Notes: a model not told the origin generated them from the sequence alone. A stretch of DNA of 64,000 nt from Gammaproteobacteria bacterium (GCA_965221695.1 OZ244905.1:2784001-2848000); one strand, 5' to 3'. Positions 27,431 to 37,326 are shown, counted from the stretch's first letter. Translations and numbers: made by a program.

Positions 27431-28951
27431 ATGACCGGACAACTCCAAGAGAATCTGAAAAAGGCCGAAGGCTATTTGCAACGTTTCAGGGATAACGTCA
27501 CCGCGCATCATATCAACGGGGAGAGTCATCCCGGCGTTTCCAACGATACCTTTGACAACCTGACGCCGACCGACAATACTTCGCTGGGCCTTGTTGCCGC
27601 AGGTTCAGCGCAGGATATCGACCACGCCTGCCGGGCCGCACAGGAGGCCTTCCCCGCCTGGTCAGCCAGCCCCGGGAAGGAACGCAAGCAAATCCTCCAC
27701 CGTTTTGCTGACCTGGTCGAGCAAAGGGCCGAAGAAATCGCGTTGGTCGAGAGTATGGACTGTGGCCAACCGATCCGCTTCATGCGCGCGGCCGCGGCGC
27801 GCGGCGCTGAGAACTTCCGTTTCTTTGCAGATAAGGCCCCGGAGGCCGGCAACGGCTTGTCATTGCATCAGCAGCAGCACCTGAACTATACGAAACGCAC
27901 GGCCATCGGCCCGGTAGGTGTGATCACGCCCTGGAACACGCCGTTCATGCTGTCTACCTGGAAGATTGCGCCGGCCCTGGCAGCCGGTTGCACGGTGGTG
28001 CACAAACCGGCGGAATTCAGTCCCTTGTCGGCCATGCTGCTGGCAGAGATAAGCAAGCAAGCGGGCCTGCCCGACGGCGTGTGGAACACCGTCAACGGCC
28101 TCGGTGAAAGCGCCGGCAAGGCATTGACTGAGCATCCCGCGATCAAGGCCATCGGCTTCGTCGGCGAAACAGTGACCGGAACCCACATCATGCGCCAGGC
28201 ATCTGCCACGCTGAAACGAATTCACGTGGAACTGGGCGGGAAGAACCCTGTTATCGTTTTTGATGATGCCGATTTCGAGCGCGCCTTGGACGCGGTGGTG
28301 TTTATGATCTACAGCCTGAACGGGCAACGCTGTACTTCGAGCAGCCGCCTGCTGGTACAGGACGGGATCGCCGGCAGGTTCCTCGACGCGCTGGAACAAC
28401 GGGTCAATAACATCAGGGTGGGGCATCCGCTGGACCCCGCCACGGAACTGGGACCGCTGATCCATCCCAGCCACCTGGAGAAGGTAATGGGTTACGTGGA
28501 TGCGGCGCGGGATGAAAACGCGATCATTGCCGCAGGAGGCGAGCGGGTGACTGACCTGGGACCCGGCAATTACCTCAGACCCACCCTGTTCCGCAACGCC
28601 GCGAACAATATGAAGATTGCGCGTGAAGAGATTTTCGGGCCGGCGCTGACTGCGATCCGCTTTACCGATGAAGCAGAAGCCGTGACCCTGGCTAACGATA
28701 CGTCCTATGGCCTGGCGGGATATGTCTGGACCGGGGACTCCGGACGCGGCATCCGCATGGCAGAGGCGTTGGAAGCCGGCATGGTATGGGTCAACTCTGA
28801 GAACAACCGTAACCTGCCATCGCCCTTCGGCGGTATGAAGCAGAGCGGCATAGGCCGCGACGGCGGCGACTACAGCTTCGAATTTTACATGGAAACCAAG
28901 AACATATGCATTGCTCACGGTACGCATAAAGTGCCTGTGCTGGGAATGTGA
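27431..28951 (+). CDS. hpaE: 5-carboxymethyl-2-hydroxymuconate semialdehyde dehydrogenase
   Basis: ITPWNTPFMLSTWKIAPAL, ELGGKNP, YSLNGQRCTSSSR and EEIFGP. Confidence 0.95.
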   Translation: MTGQLQENLKKAEGYLQRFRDNVTAHHINGESHPGVSNDTFDNLTPTDNTSLGLVAAGSAQDIDHACRAAQEAFPAWSASPGKERKQILHRFADLVEQRAEEIALVESMDCGQPIRFMRAAAARGAENFRFFADKAPEAGNGLSLHQQQHLNYTKRTAIGPVGVITPWNTPFMLSTWKIAPALAAGCTVVHKPAEFSPLSAMLLAEISKQAGLPDGVWNTVNGLGESAGKALTEHPAIKAIGFVGETVTGTHIMRQASATLKRIHVELGGKNPVIVFDDADFERALDAVVFMIYSLNGQRCTSSSRLLVQDGIAGRFLDALEQRVNNIRVGHPLDPATELGPLIHPSHLEKVMGYVDAARDENAIIAAGGERVTDLGPGNYLRPTLFRNAANNMKIAREEIFGPALTAIRFTDEAEAVTLANDTSYGLAGYVWTGDSGRGIRMAEALEAGMVWVNSENNRNLPSPFGGMKQSGIGRDGGDYSFEFYMETKNICIAHGTHKVPVLGM

Positions 28952-28996
28952 TGAAGGCAGCCTACTTACCTGTTGATACATACCTGGGAGAAGAAA

Positions 28997-29845
28997 ATGG
29001 GTGAGATTGTACTGGCCGCGAAGATTACGCATGTGCCGTCCATGTACCTGTCAGAACTCCCCGGCCCCCACCAGGGTTGCCGCGAGGATGCCATCGAAGG
29101 CCACTATGAACTCAGCCGCCGTGCCCGCGCCCGCGGCGCGGATACCGCGCTGGTGTTTGACGTGCACTGGCTGGTGAACAGCGGTTACCACATCAACAGC
29201 GGCAATCATTTCAAGGGCGTGTACACCAGCCACGAACTCCCCCATTTCATCAAGGACATGGCCTATGAGTATGACGGCAATCCGGTCTTGGGTGACCTGG
29301 TTGCCGAATGCGCGAACGCCCGCGGGATAAACACCCGGTCGCACCATGTCGACAGCCTGACCCTTGAATACGGCACCCTGGTACCAATGCGCTACATGAA
29401 CCAGGATGGCCACTTTAAGGTGGTGTCAGTGGCGGCGTGGTGTGCCTGGCACGATTTGAACGACTCCCGCATCTTCGGCGAGGCGGTGAGAGAGGCGGTA
29501 GAAAAAAGTGACAACAAGGTCATGGTGCTGGCCAGCGGTTCCCTGTCCCACCGATTCAACGACAACTCCAATGCCGGCGATAAGATCTTCCAGATCAGCG
29601 ATGAGTTTTACCAGCAGATGGACCTGCGCGTGGTGGACTTGTGGAAGCGCGGCGATTTCAAGACCTTCACGGAGATGTTCCACGAATACGCGTACCGCTG
29701 CCACGGGGAGGGTTGGATGCACGACACCGCGATGTTGCTGGGCATGCTGGGCTGGGACGCCTACGACCGGCCGGTGGAGATTATCAGTGATTATTTTCCC
29801 AGTTCCGGCACCGGCCAGATCAACGCGGAATTTCCGGTAGGCTGA
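28997..29845 (+). CDS. hpaD: 3,4-dihydroxyphenylacetate 2,3-dioxygenase
   Basis: LAAKITHVPSMYLSELPG, DVHWLVNSGYH, LEYGTLVPMRYMN and SGSLSH. Confidence 0.95.
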   Translation: MGEIVLAAKITHVPSMYLSELPGPHQGCREDAIEGHYELSRRARARGADTALVFDVHWLVNSGYHINSGNHFKGVYTSHELPHFIKDMAYEYDGNPVLGDLVAECANARGINTRSHHVDSLTLEYGTLVPMRYMNQDGHFKVVSVAAWCAWHDLNDSRIFGEAVREAVEKSDNKVMVLASGSLSHRFNDNSNAGDKIFQISDEFYQQMDLRVVDLWKRGDFKTFTEMFHEYAYRCHGEGWMHDTAMLLGMLGWDAYDRPVEIISDYFPSSGTGQINAEFPVG

Positions 29846-29847
29846 CT

Positions 29848-30246
29848 ATGCCCCATTTCATCCTGGAGTATTCAGCCAATCTCGATGATGACCTGGACCT
29901 GGACGGCTTGTTCAAGGCCTTGCATGACACCGCAATGGAGACCGGCGTGTTCGCCCTCGGCGGCGTGCGCTTTCGCGCCCACCGCTGCGAGCATTACCTC
30001 GTCGCCGACGGTGATCCGGACAATGCTTTCGTGCACCTGACCGCGCGCATCGGCCGCCGGCGCGACCCGGATGTCCGGCGCGAGATCGGTGAGCAGCTAT
30101 TCAACTCACTGGTGGATTACCTTGATGGCCTCTACCGGCAGCGGCCGCTGGCAATCTCGTTCGAGGTGACCGAGCTCACCTTCGGGCTGAGCTTTCGAAA
30201 GAACAATATCCACGACAAGATAAAGCAGAAACAGGGCGCAGGCTGA
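29848..30246 (+). CDS. hpaF: 5-carboxymethyl-2-hydroxymuconate isomerase
   Basis: N-terminal MPHFILEYSANL (catalytic Pro), GGVRFRA and KNNIH. Confidence 0.92.
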   Translation: MPHFILEYSANLDDDLDLDGLFKALHDTAMETGVFALGGVRFRAHRCEHYLVADGDPDNAFVHLTARIGRRRDPDVRREIGEQLFNSLVDYLDGLYRQRPLAISFEVTELTFGLSFRKNNIHDKIKQKQGAG

Positions 30247-30256
30247 ACAATCCAAT

Positions 30257-30991
30257 ATGTCCCTGTTTGAACCGTTCGCGATCCTGATCATCCTGGGTTC
30301 GTTTTTTTCATCGTTTATCAGCGCAGCCTTCGCGGTGGGCGGTGGTTTCATCATGCTTGCCATTGTCTCCAGCGTGCTGCCGATCACCGCGGCAGTGCCG
30401 CTGCACAGTTGCATGATGCTGGGATTGTCTCTGGGCAGGTCCTGGTATTTCCGCAAGGACATATGCCAGCGCATCGTCTGGCCGTTCCTGCTTGGGGCTT
30501 TGATTGGCGTTGCTGTCGGGGGCAGGCTGTATTTTGACCTGTCGGAATTCCTGCTCAGCCTGGTCATCGGCCTGTTGATTCTTGGCGCGGTGTGGATGCC
30601 GCAACAGGTAGGATGGGGTATGCGGTTTCCGGTGCCGTTTTTCTGGGTCGGCATCGCACACGCATTCGTGTCCACGCTGTTTTCGTTCGGCGGCCTGTTT
30701 CAGCCGCTGATGATGCGCGCGGCGTTGTCGAAACTGCAGATCGTCGGCACATTGGCGGCAGGGCTGACGTTCATGAACATACTCAAGATATGCGCATACA
30801 GTTACTACGGCTTTGATTACAGTCCGTATTTCATGGTCGTCGTGGCCGCCATTCTGGCCGCCGTCCCTGGCGCGTACCTGGGGAAAAAGCTGTTGCACCG
30901 GATCCCCGAAGACCGGTTCAGGCTCATATTCAGCCTCATCATGACCTGTTTTGCGCTGAGATTGCTCTACCGCGCCTGGGTCCTGGTCTGA
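30257..30991 (+). CDS. TauE/SafE (TSUP) family membrane transporter
   Basis: FAVGGG near N-terminus, about 8 TM helices, GAYLGKKLLHRIPEDRFR. Confidence 0.85.
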   Translation: MSLFEPFAILIILGSFFSSFISAAFAVGGGFIMLAIVSSVLPITAAVPLHSCMMLGLSLGRSWYFRKDICQRIVWPFLLGALIGVAVGGRLYFDLSEFLLSLVIGLLILGAVWMPQQVGWGMRFPVPFFWVGIAHAFVSTLFSFGGLFQPLMMRAALSKLQIVGTLAAGLTFMNILKICAYSYYGFDYSPYFMVVVAAILAAVPGAYLGKKLLHRIPEDRFRLIFSLIMTCFALRLLYRAWVLV

Positions 30992-31008
30992 AATGTGGGT
31001 CAGGCTCG

Positions 31009-31650
31009 TCAGCAGCGGGCCAGGTTGAGTATATTGTCCGACAATGACTGCGCCCGAGCCCGGTCATGGGTGCTGAAGATGACAGTCCTGGCGCGGCCAT
31101 CCCGTTGCGCATCGATCCAGGCTTCGATCTCGCCGACGGTGACCTCGTCCAGGTAGGTGAACGGCTCATCCATGATGACGACATCGGGTTGCGGCGCGAG
31201 GGCGCGGGCCAGCGCCACCTTTTGGATTTCACCGCCCGACAGCTTGCCGGCATCCCGGTCCAACAACGAGGTAACACCCAGTTCCCGGGCCACGGCTTCC
31301 ACGGCTGCATCAATGGCGCCACGCCGCGCCCCCCGGAACTTCAACCCCAGGCCGATATTATCCCGCACAGACATTTTCATGAGGTAGGGTTTCTGCTGAA
31401 CGTATCCCACCTGGCGGCGTAACAGCGCAGTCCTGGTTGCGGACGCCGGCTCGCCGCGGAACAGGATCGTGCCCGCATCGGGTTTGCGCAAGAACGCCAG
31501 TATGTCGAACAGCGTGCTTTTACCGGAACCGTTGGGACCGACGACAGCGATTACCTGGTTGTAGCCGATAAGCAGTTGCTCCAAGTCCAGCGCTTTCCGG
31601 CCGCTGTAAGAGAAGGCAAGCTTGGAGATTCGGTACAGGTAGTCCATCAC
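31009..31650 (-). CDS. tupC: Tungstate ABC transporter ATPase (TupC-like)
   Basis: GPNGSGKS, LSGGE, MDEP and STHD; follows tupB. Confidence 0.8.
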   Translation of the reverse strand: MMDYLYRISKLAFSYSGRKALDLEQLLIGYNQVIAVVGPNGSGKSTLFDILAFLRKPDAGTILFRGEPASATRTALLRRQVGYVQQKPYLMKMSVRDNIGLGLKFRGARRGAIDAAVEAVARELGVTSLLDRDAGKLSGGEIQKVALARALAPQPDVVIMDEPFTYLDEVTVGEIEAWIDAQRDGRARTVIFSTHDRARAQSLSDNILNLARC

Positions 31651-31660
31651 AGAACCTGCG

Positions 31661-32350
31661 TCAACCCATGGCCTGGAAGCGTTGTACCACGAAATTTACC
31701 AGGAACGCGGTCGCCAGCAACAGTATCCCCAACGCCAGCGCGAACTCGAATTCACCCTTGCTGGTTTCCAGCGCAATCGCAGTCGTCATGGTGCGGGTAA
31801 AACCTTCGATATTGCCGCCCAACATCATTGCGATACCCACTTCGCCGATGGCCCGGCCAAAACCGGCAACCATTGCGGCAGCCAGCGCATATCTCACTTC
31901 GTTCACATAGATTGCGCACTGCTGCAAGGTGGATGCGCCCAGGGCCTGGCTGGTGGGCAGCAGCCGCGGGTCGGCCCCGGAGGCCGCGGCAATGGACAGG
32001 TTCCAGATAATCGGCAGTATCAACAGCGTCTGGCCGATGATGATGGCGCTGATCGTATACAACAGCCCCAGGTGGCCCAAGGCTCCCTGTCTCGTCAGCA
32101 GGCCATACAGCAACAGGCCCACCACCACCGTGGGCAGGGCCATCAGGGTATTCAGCATCTGCTGCAACAGGCGCTTGCCGGGAAATTCCTTCAGCACCAC
32201 CAGGATGCCCAGGGGGATGCCGAACAGCGATGCCAGCGCCACCGCAACCACCGATATCTGCAGCGAAGTCCAAACGACCGTATAGATTTCCCGGTCAAAA
32301 CTGACAATCAGCGCCAGTGCCGCGCTGAACGCGGCGGAAAAGAAATCCAT
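31661..32350 (-). CDS. tupB: Tungstate ABC transporter permease
   Basis: NTLMALPTVVVGL and GFGRAIGEVGIAMMLGGNIEGFTRTMTTAIALETSKGEF. Confidence 0.9.
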   Translation of the reverse strand: MDFFSAAFSAALALIVSFDREIYTVVWTSLQISVVAVALASLFGIPLGILVVLKEFPGKRLLQQMLNTLMALPTVVVGLLLYGLLTRQGALGHLGLLYTISAIIIGQTLLILPIIWNLSIAAASGADPRLLPTSQALGASTLQQCAIYVNEVRYALAAAMVAGFGRAIGEVGIAMMLGGNIEGFTRTMTTAIALETSKGEFEFALALGILLLATAFLVNFVVQRFQAMG

Positions 32351-32357
32351 CGTAACT

Positions 32358-32705
32358 TCAGGAGGCAGTGAGTCCCAGGATCGCCAGCAACAACGCGATC
32401 AACGCCAGCACAAAGGCAAACGCGGACCGTTGCTGCGCCCGCTGCAGGGACTCGGCCAGCGCCTCGTTCTGACGCGCAAGCTGCTCGATGAGCCGGAGCT
32501 GCTCGACACTGGCTTGATCCATCGAGTCCAGGCGCGCCTGCAGCCTGCCGATCACTTCTTCCAGGTTGTCCAGCGTAACCGGCACCTGTTCGGCGGGCGC
32601 GTGCGTGTTCTGTTCCCGCTCCCTGATTAAATCGACCAGCTTGCCGGCTGCCTGGATGATCACGGGGGCGGAATTCAGCAGCGTACCGATGGTAAAAGGA
32701 TTCAT
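32358..32705 (-). CDS. Hypothetical coiled-coil protein with C-terminal membrane anchor
   Basis: Heptad-rich middle and hydrophobic tail AFAFVLALIALLLAILGL; stop 7 bp before tupB; alternative GTG start at 32720. Confidence 0.7.
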   Translation of the reverse strand: MNPFTIGTLLNSAPVIIQAAGKLVDLIREREQNTHAPAEQVPVTLDNLEEVIGRLQARLDSMDQASVEQLRLIEQLARQNEALAESLQRAQQRSAFAFVLALIALLLAILGLTAS

Positions 32706-32756
32706 GAACTTTTTAATCACTCTGATTTCTAACTTAAGGAATTACACGCAAGTGCG

Positions 32757-32782
32757 CTTGAAAAATTTTATCTCATCCCCAT
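32757..32782 (+). promoter_or_regulatory. Sigma-32 (RpoH) heat-shock promoter
   Basis: CTTGAAA-N13-CCCCAT directly upstream of two Hsp20 genes. Confidence 0.85.
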
Positions 32783-32834
32783 TTTTTATACCAGTAACAC
32801 AGTTAACCCGAACAACCCCTTTGGAGGTGACAAC

Positions 32835-33260
32835 ATGGTCAGATTATTTACAAGTCCGGTTGACAGCCTTTTGTCATTGCAGAAATCGCTGTCGGATACG
32901 ATGCTGAGCGACTGGTTCGGTTCAGGGCTCAGCAGCCGCGGCGGTTTCCCACCGATCAACATTTTCCAGGTGGACGGCGAGTACGCAATCATTGCTGAAC
33001 TGCCCGGCGTCAACAAGGACAGTATCGATATCGATGTCCAACGCAACCGCGTCAGGATTTCAGGCAATAAGGAAGTGAATTACGGTGAAGGCACCAGCCT
33101 GCACCGGCGTGAACGGCAGACCGGTGCGTTTGACCGCACCTTTGCCACGCCGTTTGAAATAGATGCTGAAAAGGTCAAGGCCGATTACCGTGACGGTATC
33201 CTGGCGCTGTCCTTGCCACGCGCCGAGCAGGACAAGCCGCGCTCTATCAGTATTTCCTGA
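32835..33260 (+). CDS. Hsp20/alpha-crystallin small heat shock protein
   Basis: FPPINI, AELPGV, HRRER and ADYRDGILALSLP. Confidence 0.95.
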   Translation: MVRLFTSPVDSLLSLQKSLSDTMLSDWFGSGLSSRGGFPPINIFQVDGEYAIIAELPGVNKDSIDIDVQRNRVRISGNKEVNYGEGTSLHRRERQTGAFDRTFATPFEIDAEKVKADYRDGILALSLPRAEQDKPRSISIS

Positions 33261-33274
33261 GGCGTTATTTCAGC

Positions 33275-33293
33275 AAGCTCTGAACAAGTCCAT
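33275..33293. repeat. IS5-like MITE end remnant between the Hsp20 genes
   Basis: AAGCTCTGAACAAGTCCAT is the exact reverse complement of 1318-1336. Confidence 0.7.
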
Positions 33294-33327
33294 AACTACG
33301 ATCCAATATTTCAGGTAGGAGGTTATC

Positions 33328-33726
33328 ATGGCAAAGAATCAAGATTTAACTCCGCAAGAGAAGAAAGAACTCGATGCAAAGGAGGAAAAGACCTATGCCG
33401 GCAAATTTTACATTCCCGGCACCGACATTTTCGAGAGTGGTGATGCAATCACCATGGCGATGGAAATGCCCGGCGTGAGCCGAGACAATATCGACATCAA
33501 ACTGGAGAAGCGCCAGCTTTCGGTCCAGGGCCAAATCGATTTCGATAACTATACCGACTTCAAGCCGGTCTACACGGAATATAATGTCGGCCACTTCAGT
33601 CGCAATTTTACCCTGTCAAGCGAGATCGACACGGATAATATCAAGGCAAACGTCGCCGACGGTGTACTGACACTGGTACTGCCGAAAGCGAAGGAAACCC
33701 AGCTCAGGAAGATCCAGGTCAACTGA
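33328..33726 (+). CDS. Hsp20/alpha-crystallin small heat shock protein
   Basis: PGTDIFE, EMPGV, FSRNFTL and ANVADGVLTLVLPK. Confidence 0.95.
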   Translation: MAKNQDLTPQEKKELDAKEEKTYAGKFYIPGTDIFESGDAITMAMEMPGVSRDNIDIKLEKRQLSVQGQIDFDNYTDFKPVYTEYNVGHFSRNFTLSSEIDTDNIKANVADGVLTLVLPKAKETQLRKIQVN

Positions 33727-33760
33727 CCGGGAGCCTGCCCGATGCCGGTAACCGGCCCCG

Positions 33761-33790
33761 ACGCAGAGGCGCACTGGTGCGTCTCTGCGT
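33761..33790. terminator. 13-bp hairpin after the Hsp20 pair (terminator-like or REP-like)
   Basis: ACGCAGAGGCGCA-CTGG-TGCGTCTCTGCGT; only a short T tail. Confidence 0.45.
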
Positions 33791-33812
33791 TAAGCCGTAC
33801 AATACCCGTTAA

Positions 33813-34775
33813 ATGTCGAACAAATCCGAGATTCTCAGGCTCAAGTCCTTTATCTCACGTCATATCATAGGCCAGCAGAAGCTGGTGGACAGGCTGCTCT
33901 TGGCGCTGCTTGCAGACGGACACCTGCTGGTCGAGGGTGCGCCGGGGCTGGCCAAGACCCGCGCCATCAAGGTGCTGGGTGACGCCATTGAGGCCGATTT
34001 CCACCGGGTGCAGTTCACGCCCGACCTGCTGCCCGCCGACCTGACCGGCACCGAGATCTACCGGCCCCAGGACGGTTCATTCCAGTTCCAGCGCGGACCG
34101 CTGTTCCACAACCTTGTGCTAGCAGATGAAGTGAACCGGGCGCCGGCCAAGGTCCAATCCGCATTGCTGGAAGCCATGGCCGAGCGGCAGGTCACCGTAG
34201 GCAGAGAAACCTACCCGCTGCCGCAGTTGTACCTGGTGATGGCAACCCAGAATCCCATCGAGCAGGAAGGCACGTATCCCCTGCCCGAGGCACAGCTCGA
34301 CCGGTTCCTGCTGCACGTGGAAATCACCTACCCGGAAGCGGCTGAAGAGCGCGCAATCCTGGAGCTCGCCCGGCAGGAGGCCCGGCAGGGTTACGAACCG
34401 GCGCAATCCTCGGCGGTATCACAGGACGCGATTTTTGCCGCCCGTGACGAGGCCCTGAATACCTACATGGCGGACAACCTGGAACAATACCTGGTCCAAT
34501 TGGTGCTGGCCACACGCAGTCCGGATGCATACGGGGACGACCTGGCCCGTTGGCTGCAATATGGCGCCAGCCCGCGGGCAACCATTGCCCTGGACCGTTG
34601 CGCCCGCGTCCATGCGTGGCTTGATGATCGGGATTTTGTCGGGCCGGAGGATGTCCAGGCTGTGGCCGGAGATGTGTTACGCCACCGGCTGATCCTGAAC
34701 TACGAGGCGGAAGCCGAAGGCATCACCACCGACCATGTGACCGGCGAGTTGATCAGCCGCATCGCAGTCCCCTGA
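33813..34775 (+). CDS. moxR: MoxR family AAA+ ATPase
   Basis: EGAPGLAKT, RVQFTPDLLPADL, LADEVNRAPAKVQSALLEAM and ATQNPIEQEGTYPLPEAQLDRF. Confidence 0.95.
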   Translation: MSNKSEILRLKSFISRHIIGQQKLVDRLLLALLADGHLLVEGAPGLAKTRAIKVLGDAIEADFHRVQFTPDLLPADLTGTEIYRPQDGSFQFQRGPLFHNLVLADEVNRAPAKVQSALLEAMAERQVTVGRETYPLPQLYLVMATQNPIEQEGTYPLPEAQLDRFLLHVEITYPEAAEERAILELARQEARQGYEPAQSSAVSQDAIFAARDEALNTYMADNLEQYLVQLVLATRSPDAYGDDLARWLQYGASPRATIALDRCARVHAWLDDRDFVGPEDVQAVAGDVLRHRLILNYEAEAEGITTDHVTGELISRIAVP

Positions 34776-34782
34776 CAGCATT

Positions 34783-35736
34783 ATGCAGGCAACCCCCCCT
34801 GCCTCCGTTGCAGACCCGGTGCGGGTATCCGTGCCGGACCTGGTGGGTCTGAGCCAGGCCGCCGCCTCTATCCGGATGGGGCGCGGCAGGATATTGTCCA
34901 GACAAAGCGGAGATTACCAGTCACCGTTCCGGGGCCGGGGTATGGAGTTCGACGAGTCCAGGTTATACCAACCCGGCGACGATATCCGTAATATTGACTG
35001 GCGGGTGACGGCCAGGACCGGCAAGACCCACACGAAACTCTTTCGCGAGGAGCGCGAGCGCCCGGTATTTGTCTGGATTGACTTGCGCAGGCCCATGCAC
35101 TTCGCCACCCGCGGCAGGTATAAATCGGTCCTGGCCGCGCAACTCGCAGCGCTGATTGCCTGGAGCGCGCTGAACAATGGGGACCGGGTCGGGGGAGTAA
35201 TATTTTCCGAACAGGAACACCATGAACTGAAACCCCAGCGCGGCAGAACCGCGGCGCTGCGCTTGATCAACCGTATTGTCAATGATGTGGCCTGGTCGCC
35301 GCAAGCAACAGCAGGGGGCGACCGGCAGTCGTTGGAGCATGCCTTGCAGCGCCTGCAGCGGGTGGCGCGGCCGGGCAGCCTGATCTTCCTGATCAGCGAT
35401 TTTCGCGAACTCGAATCCGACGCGGAGATTCCCCTGGCGAGACTGTGCCGGCACAACGAGGTTGGAATGCTGTTCGTGTACGACCGGCTTGAGCAGGAGC
35501 TGCCACCGCCCGGCCGTTACCGGGTCAGCGATGCCGGTCGGGAGTTCATGCTGGATACCTCGGACAGTCACCTGGCGATGCAGCACCGGAAACAGTTCCG
35601 CGAACGTATGCACAGGTTGCGCCAGCTTGCGGTCGCCAACAGGATGCTGTTGCTGCCCTGCAGGACTGACGCCGAACCACTGACCTTATTGATGAGCGGG
35701 CTGAAAGCGGGAAAACTCAAAACCCCCGCAGCGTGA
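34783..35736 (+). CDS. DUF58 domain protein
   Basis: GRGMEFDESRLYQPGDDIRNIDWRVTAR and FLISDF. Confidence 0.92.
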   Translation: MQATPPASVADPVRVSVPDLVGLSQAAASIRMGRGRILSRQSGDYQSPFRGRGMEFDESRLYQPGDDIRNIDWRVTARTGKTHTKLFREERERPVFVWIDLRRPMHFATRGRYKSVLAAQLAALIAWSALNNGDRVGGVIFSEQEHHELKPQRGRTAALRLINRIVNDVAWSPQATAGGDRQSLEHALQRLQRVARPGSLIFLISDFRELESDAEIPLARLCRHNEVGMLFVYDRLEQELPPPGRYRVSDAGREFMLDTSDSHLAMQHRKQFRERMHRLRQLAVANRMLLLPCRTDAEPLTLLMSGLKAGKLKTPAA

Positions 35737-35740
35737 TCCG

Positions 35741-36271
35741 ATGCAGACTCCCTTTCTTCCGACTGATCCATCGACCCTGCCGCTGAGGGAAATCCATCTC
35801 CCCGAGAGTGTCGGCTGGTGGCCGCCGGCGCCCGGATGGTGGCTCCTGCCGGTGCTGCTGATACTGGGGCTGGCCGCAGCCTGGTACGGTCGTCACCTGT
35901 ACCGGCAACACAACTATTCCGCGATCAGCATGGCCCGAAAGGAACTAGCCAAAATACGTTCCCGTTATGCCTCCGACCAGGATGCTGGCGATTGTGTCCG
36001 GGCCGTTTCCGGCCTGTTGCGGCGCGTGAGCATCAGTGTCTTCCCCAGGGTAGAGAGCGCCGGACTCACGGGCGCCGACTGGCTCGCATTTTTGCGTTCG
36101 GAACATGAAGAACGGAACAGACAGGTTGAGATACCGGATCATATCGGCAAGTTGTTGCTCGAAGCGCCATACCGCCGGCAGGTAGCTCATGAGGAGGTTG
36201 AAGACCTGATCGGCTTCTGCTCGGACTGGATCGAAGCCGTGCCCCGAAATTCTCGCCGGGCGCTGCGATGA
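35741..36271 (+). CDS. DUF4381 family membrane protein
   Basis: LPLREIHLPESVGWWPPAPGWW and AGLTGADWLAFL. Confidence 0.88.
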   Translation: MQTPFLPTDPSTLPLREIHLPESVGWWPPAPGWWLLPVLLILGLAAAWYGRHLYRQHNYSAISMARKELAKIRSRYASDQDAGDCVRAVSGLLRRVSISVFPRVESAGLTGADWLAFLRSEHEERNRQVEIPDHIGKLLLEAPYRRQVAHEEVEDLIGFCSDWIEAVPRNSRRALR

Positions 36272-37260
36272 TAGGGTTTGAATGGCCCTGGCTGGCGCTG
36301 TTGTTGCCGTTGCCGTATTTGGTTTACCGTTACGCGCGGCCCTGGAATGCAGCAACGGGTTCTGCATTACGGGTGCCGTTTCTTGATGATTTTGTCGAAC
36401 CCGAACCGGATACGGTAAAACAAGTCCGCACCTGGCCCCTGTGGCTGGCGCTGGCGGTATGGATCCTGCTGGTGCTGTCCGCGATGCGCCCGCAATGGCT
36501 GGGTGAACTGGTCGAGGTCCCAATCAGCGGCCGGGAACTGATGCTGGCAATCGACCTGTCTGGCAGTATGGAACAGCAGGATTTTGTCCTCGGCGGCAGG
36601 CGTATTGACCGGCTCACGGCCACCAAGCGGGTTGCCGGTGATTTCATTGAGCGCCGGGTAGGCGACCGCATCGGCCTCATCCTGTTCGGGGAACAGGCCT
36701 ACCTGCAGGCGCCGCTCACGTTTGACCGTAAAACAGTGAGCACGCTGTTGTCCGAAGCCGTGATCGGGCTTGCCGGCAAGGCGACCGCCATCGGCGATGC
36801 GATTGGGCTGGCGGTGAAGCGCCTGCGTGAGCGCGCCGCAAGCCAGCGGGTGCTGGTACTGTTGACGGACGGCGCCAACACCGCCGGCGTGGTGGACCCG
36901 CTATCCGCGGCGCAACTGGCTAGCCGCGAGGGCCTGAAAATTTATACTGTCGGCATCGGCGCAACGGAACTGCTTGAACGCACGCTGTTCGGGACCCGCA
37001 GGAGCAATCCGTCGGCGGACCTCGATGAAGCGGCCCTGAGGGAGATTGCCGAACTGACCGGCGGCGCTTATTTCCGCGCCCGCGACCTGGATGAACTTGA
37101 ACGCATCTATGCCCTGATAGATGAAATGGAACCCATCGAACAGGAACCGAAGCAGTATCGGCCGCGTAAAGCCCTGTATTATTGGCCCCTGGCCGCGGCG
37201 CTCGTGCTCGGCGCGATCCTGGGACTGGCCCGGGTTTCCCACAGGTCGGCTTGGAGATAA
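36268..37260 (+). CDS. BatA-like VWA domain protein
   Basis: MIDAS motif DLSGSM, TAIGDAIGLA and LLTDG. Confidence 0.92.
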   Translation: MIGFEWPWLALLLPLPYLVYRYARPWNAATGSALRVPFLDDFVEPEPDTVKQVRTWPLWLALAVWILLVLSAMRPQWLGELVEVPISGRELMLAIDLSGSMEQQDFVLGGRRIDRLTATKRVAGDFIERRVGDRIGLILFGEQAYLQAPLTFDRKTVSTLLSEAVIGLAGKATAIGDAIGLAVKRLRERAASQRVLVLLTDGANTAGVVDPLSAAQLASREGLKIYTVGIGATELLERTLFGTRRSNPSADLDEAALREIAELTGGAYFRARDLDELERIYALIDEMEPIEQEPKQYRPRKALYYWPLAAALVLGAILGLARVSHRSAWR

Positions 37261-37326
37261 GCCGGATCGTGAGGCCTTCAGACACGCGAAACTGGTATGA
37301 AATCCAGGGCTTGAACCGGGTAGTCT

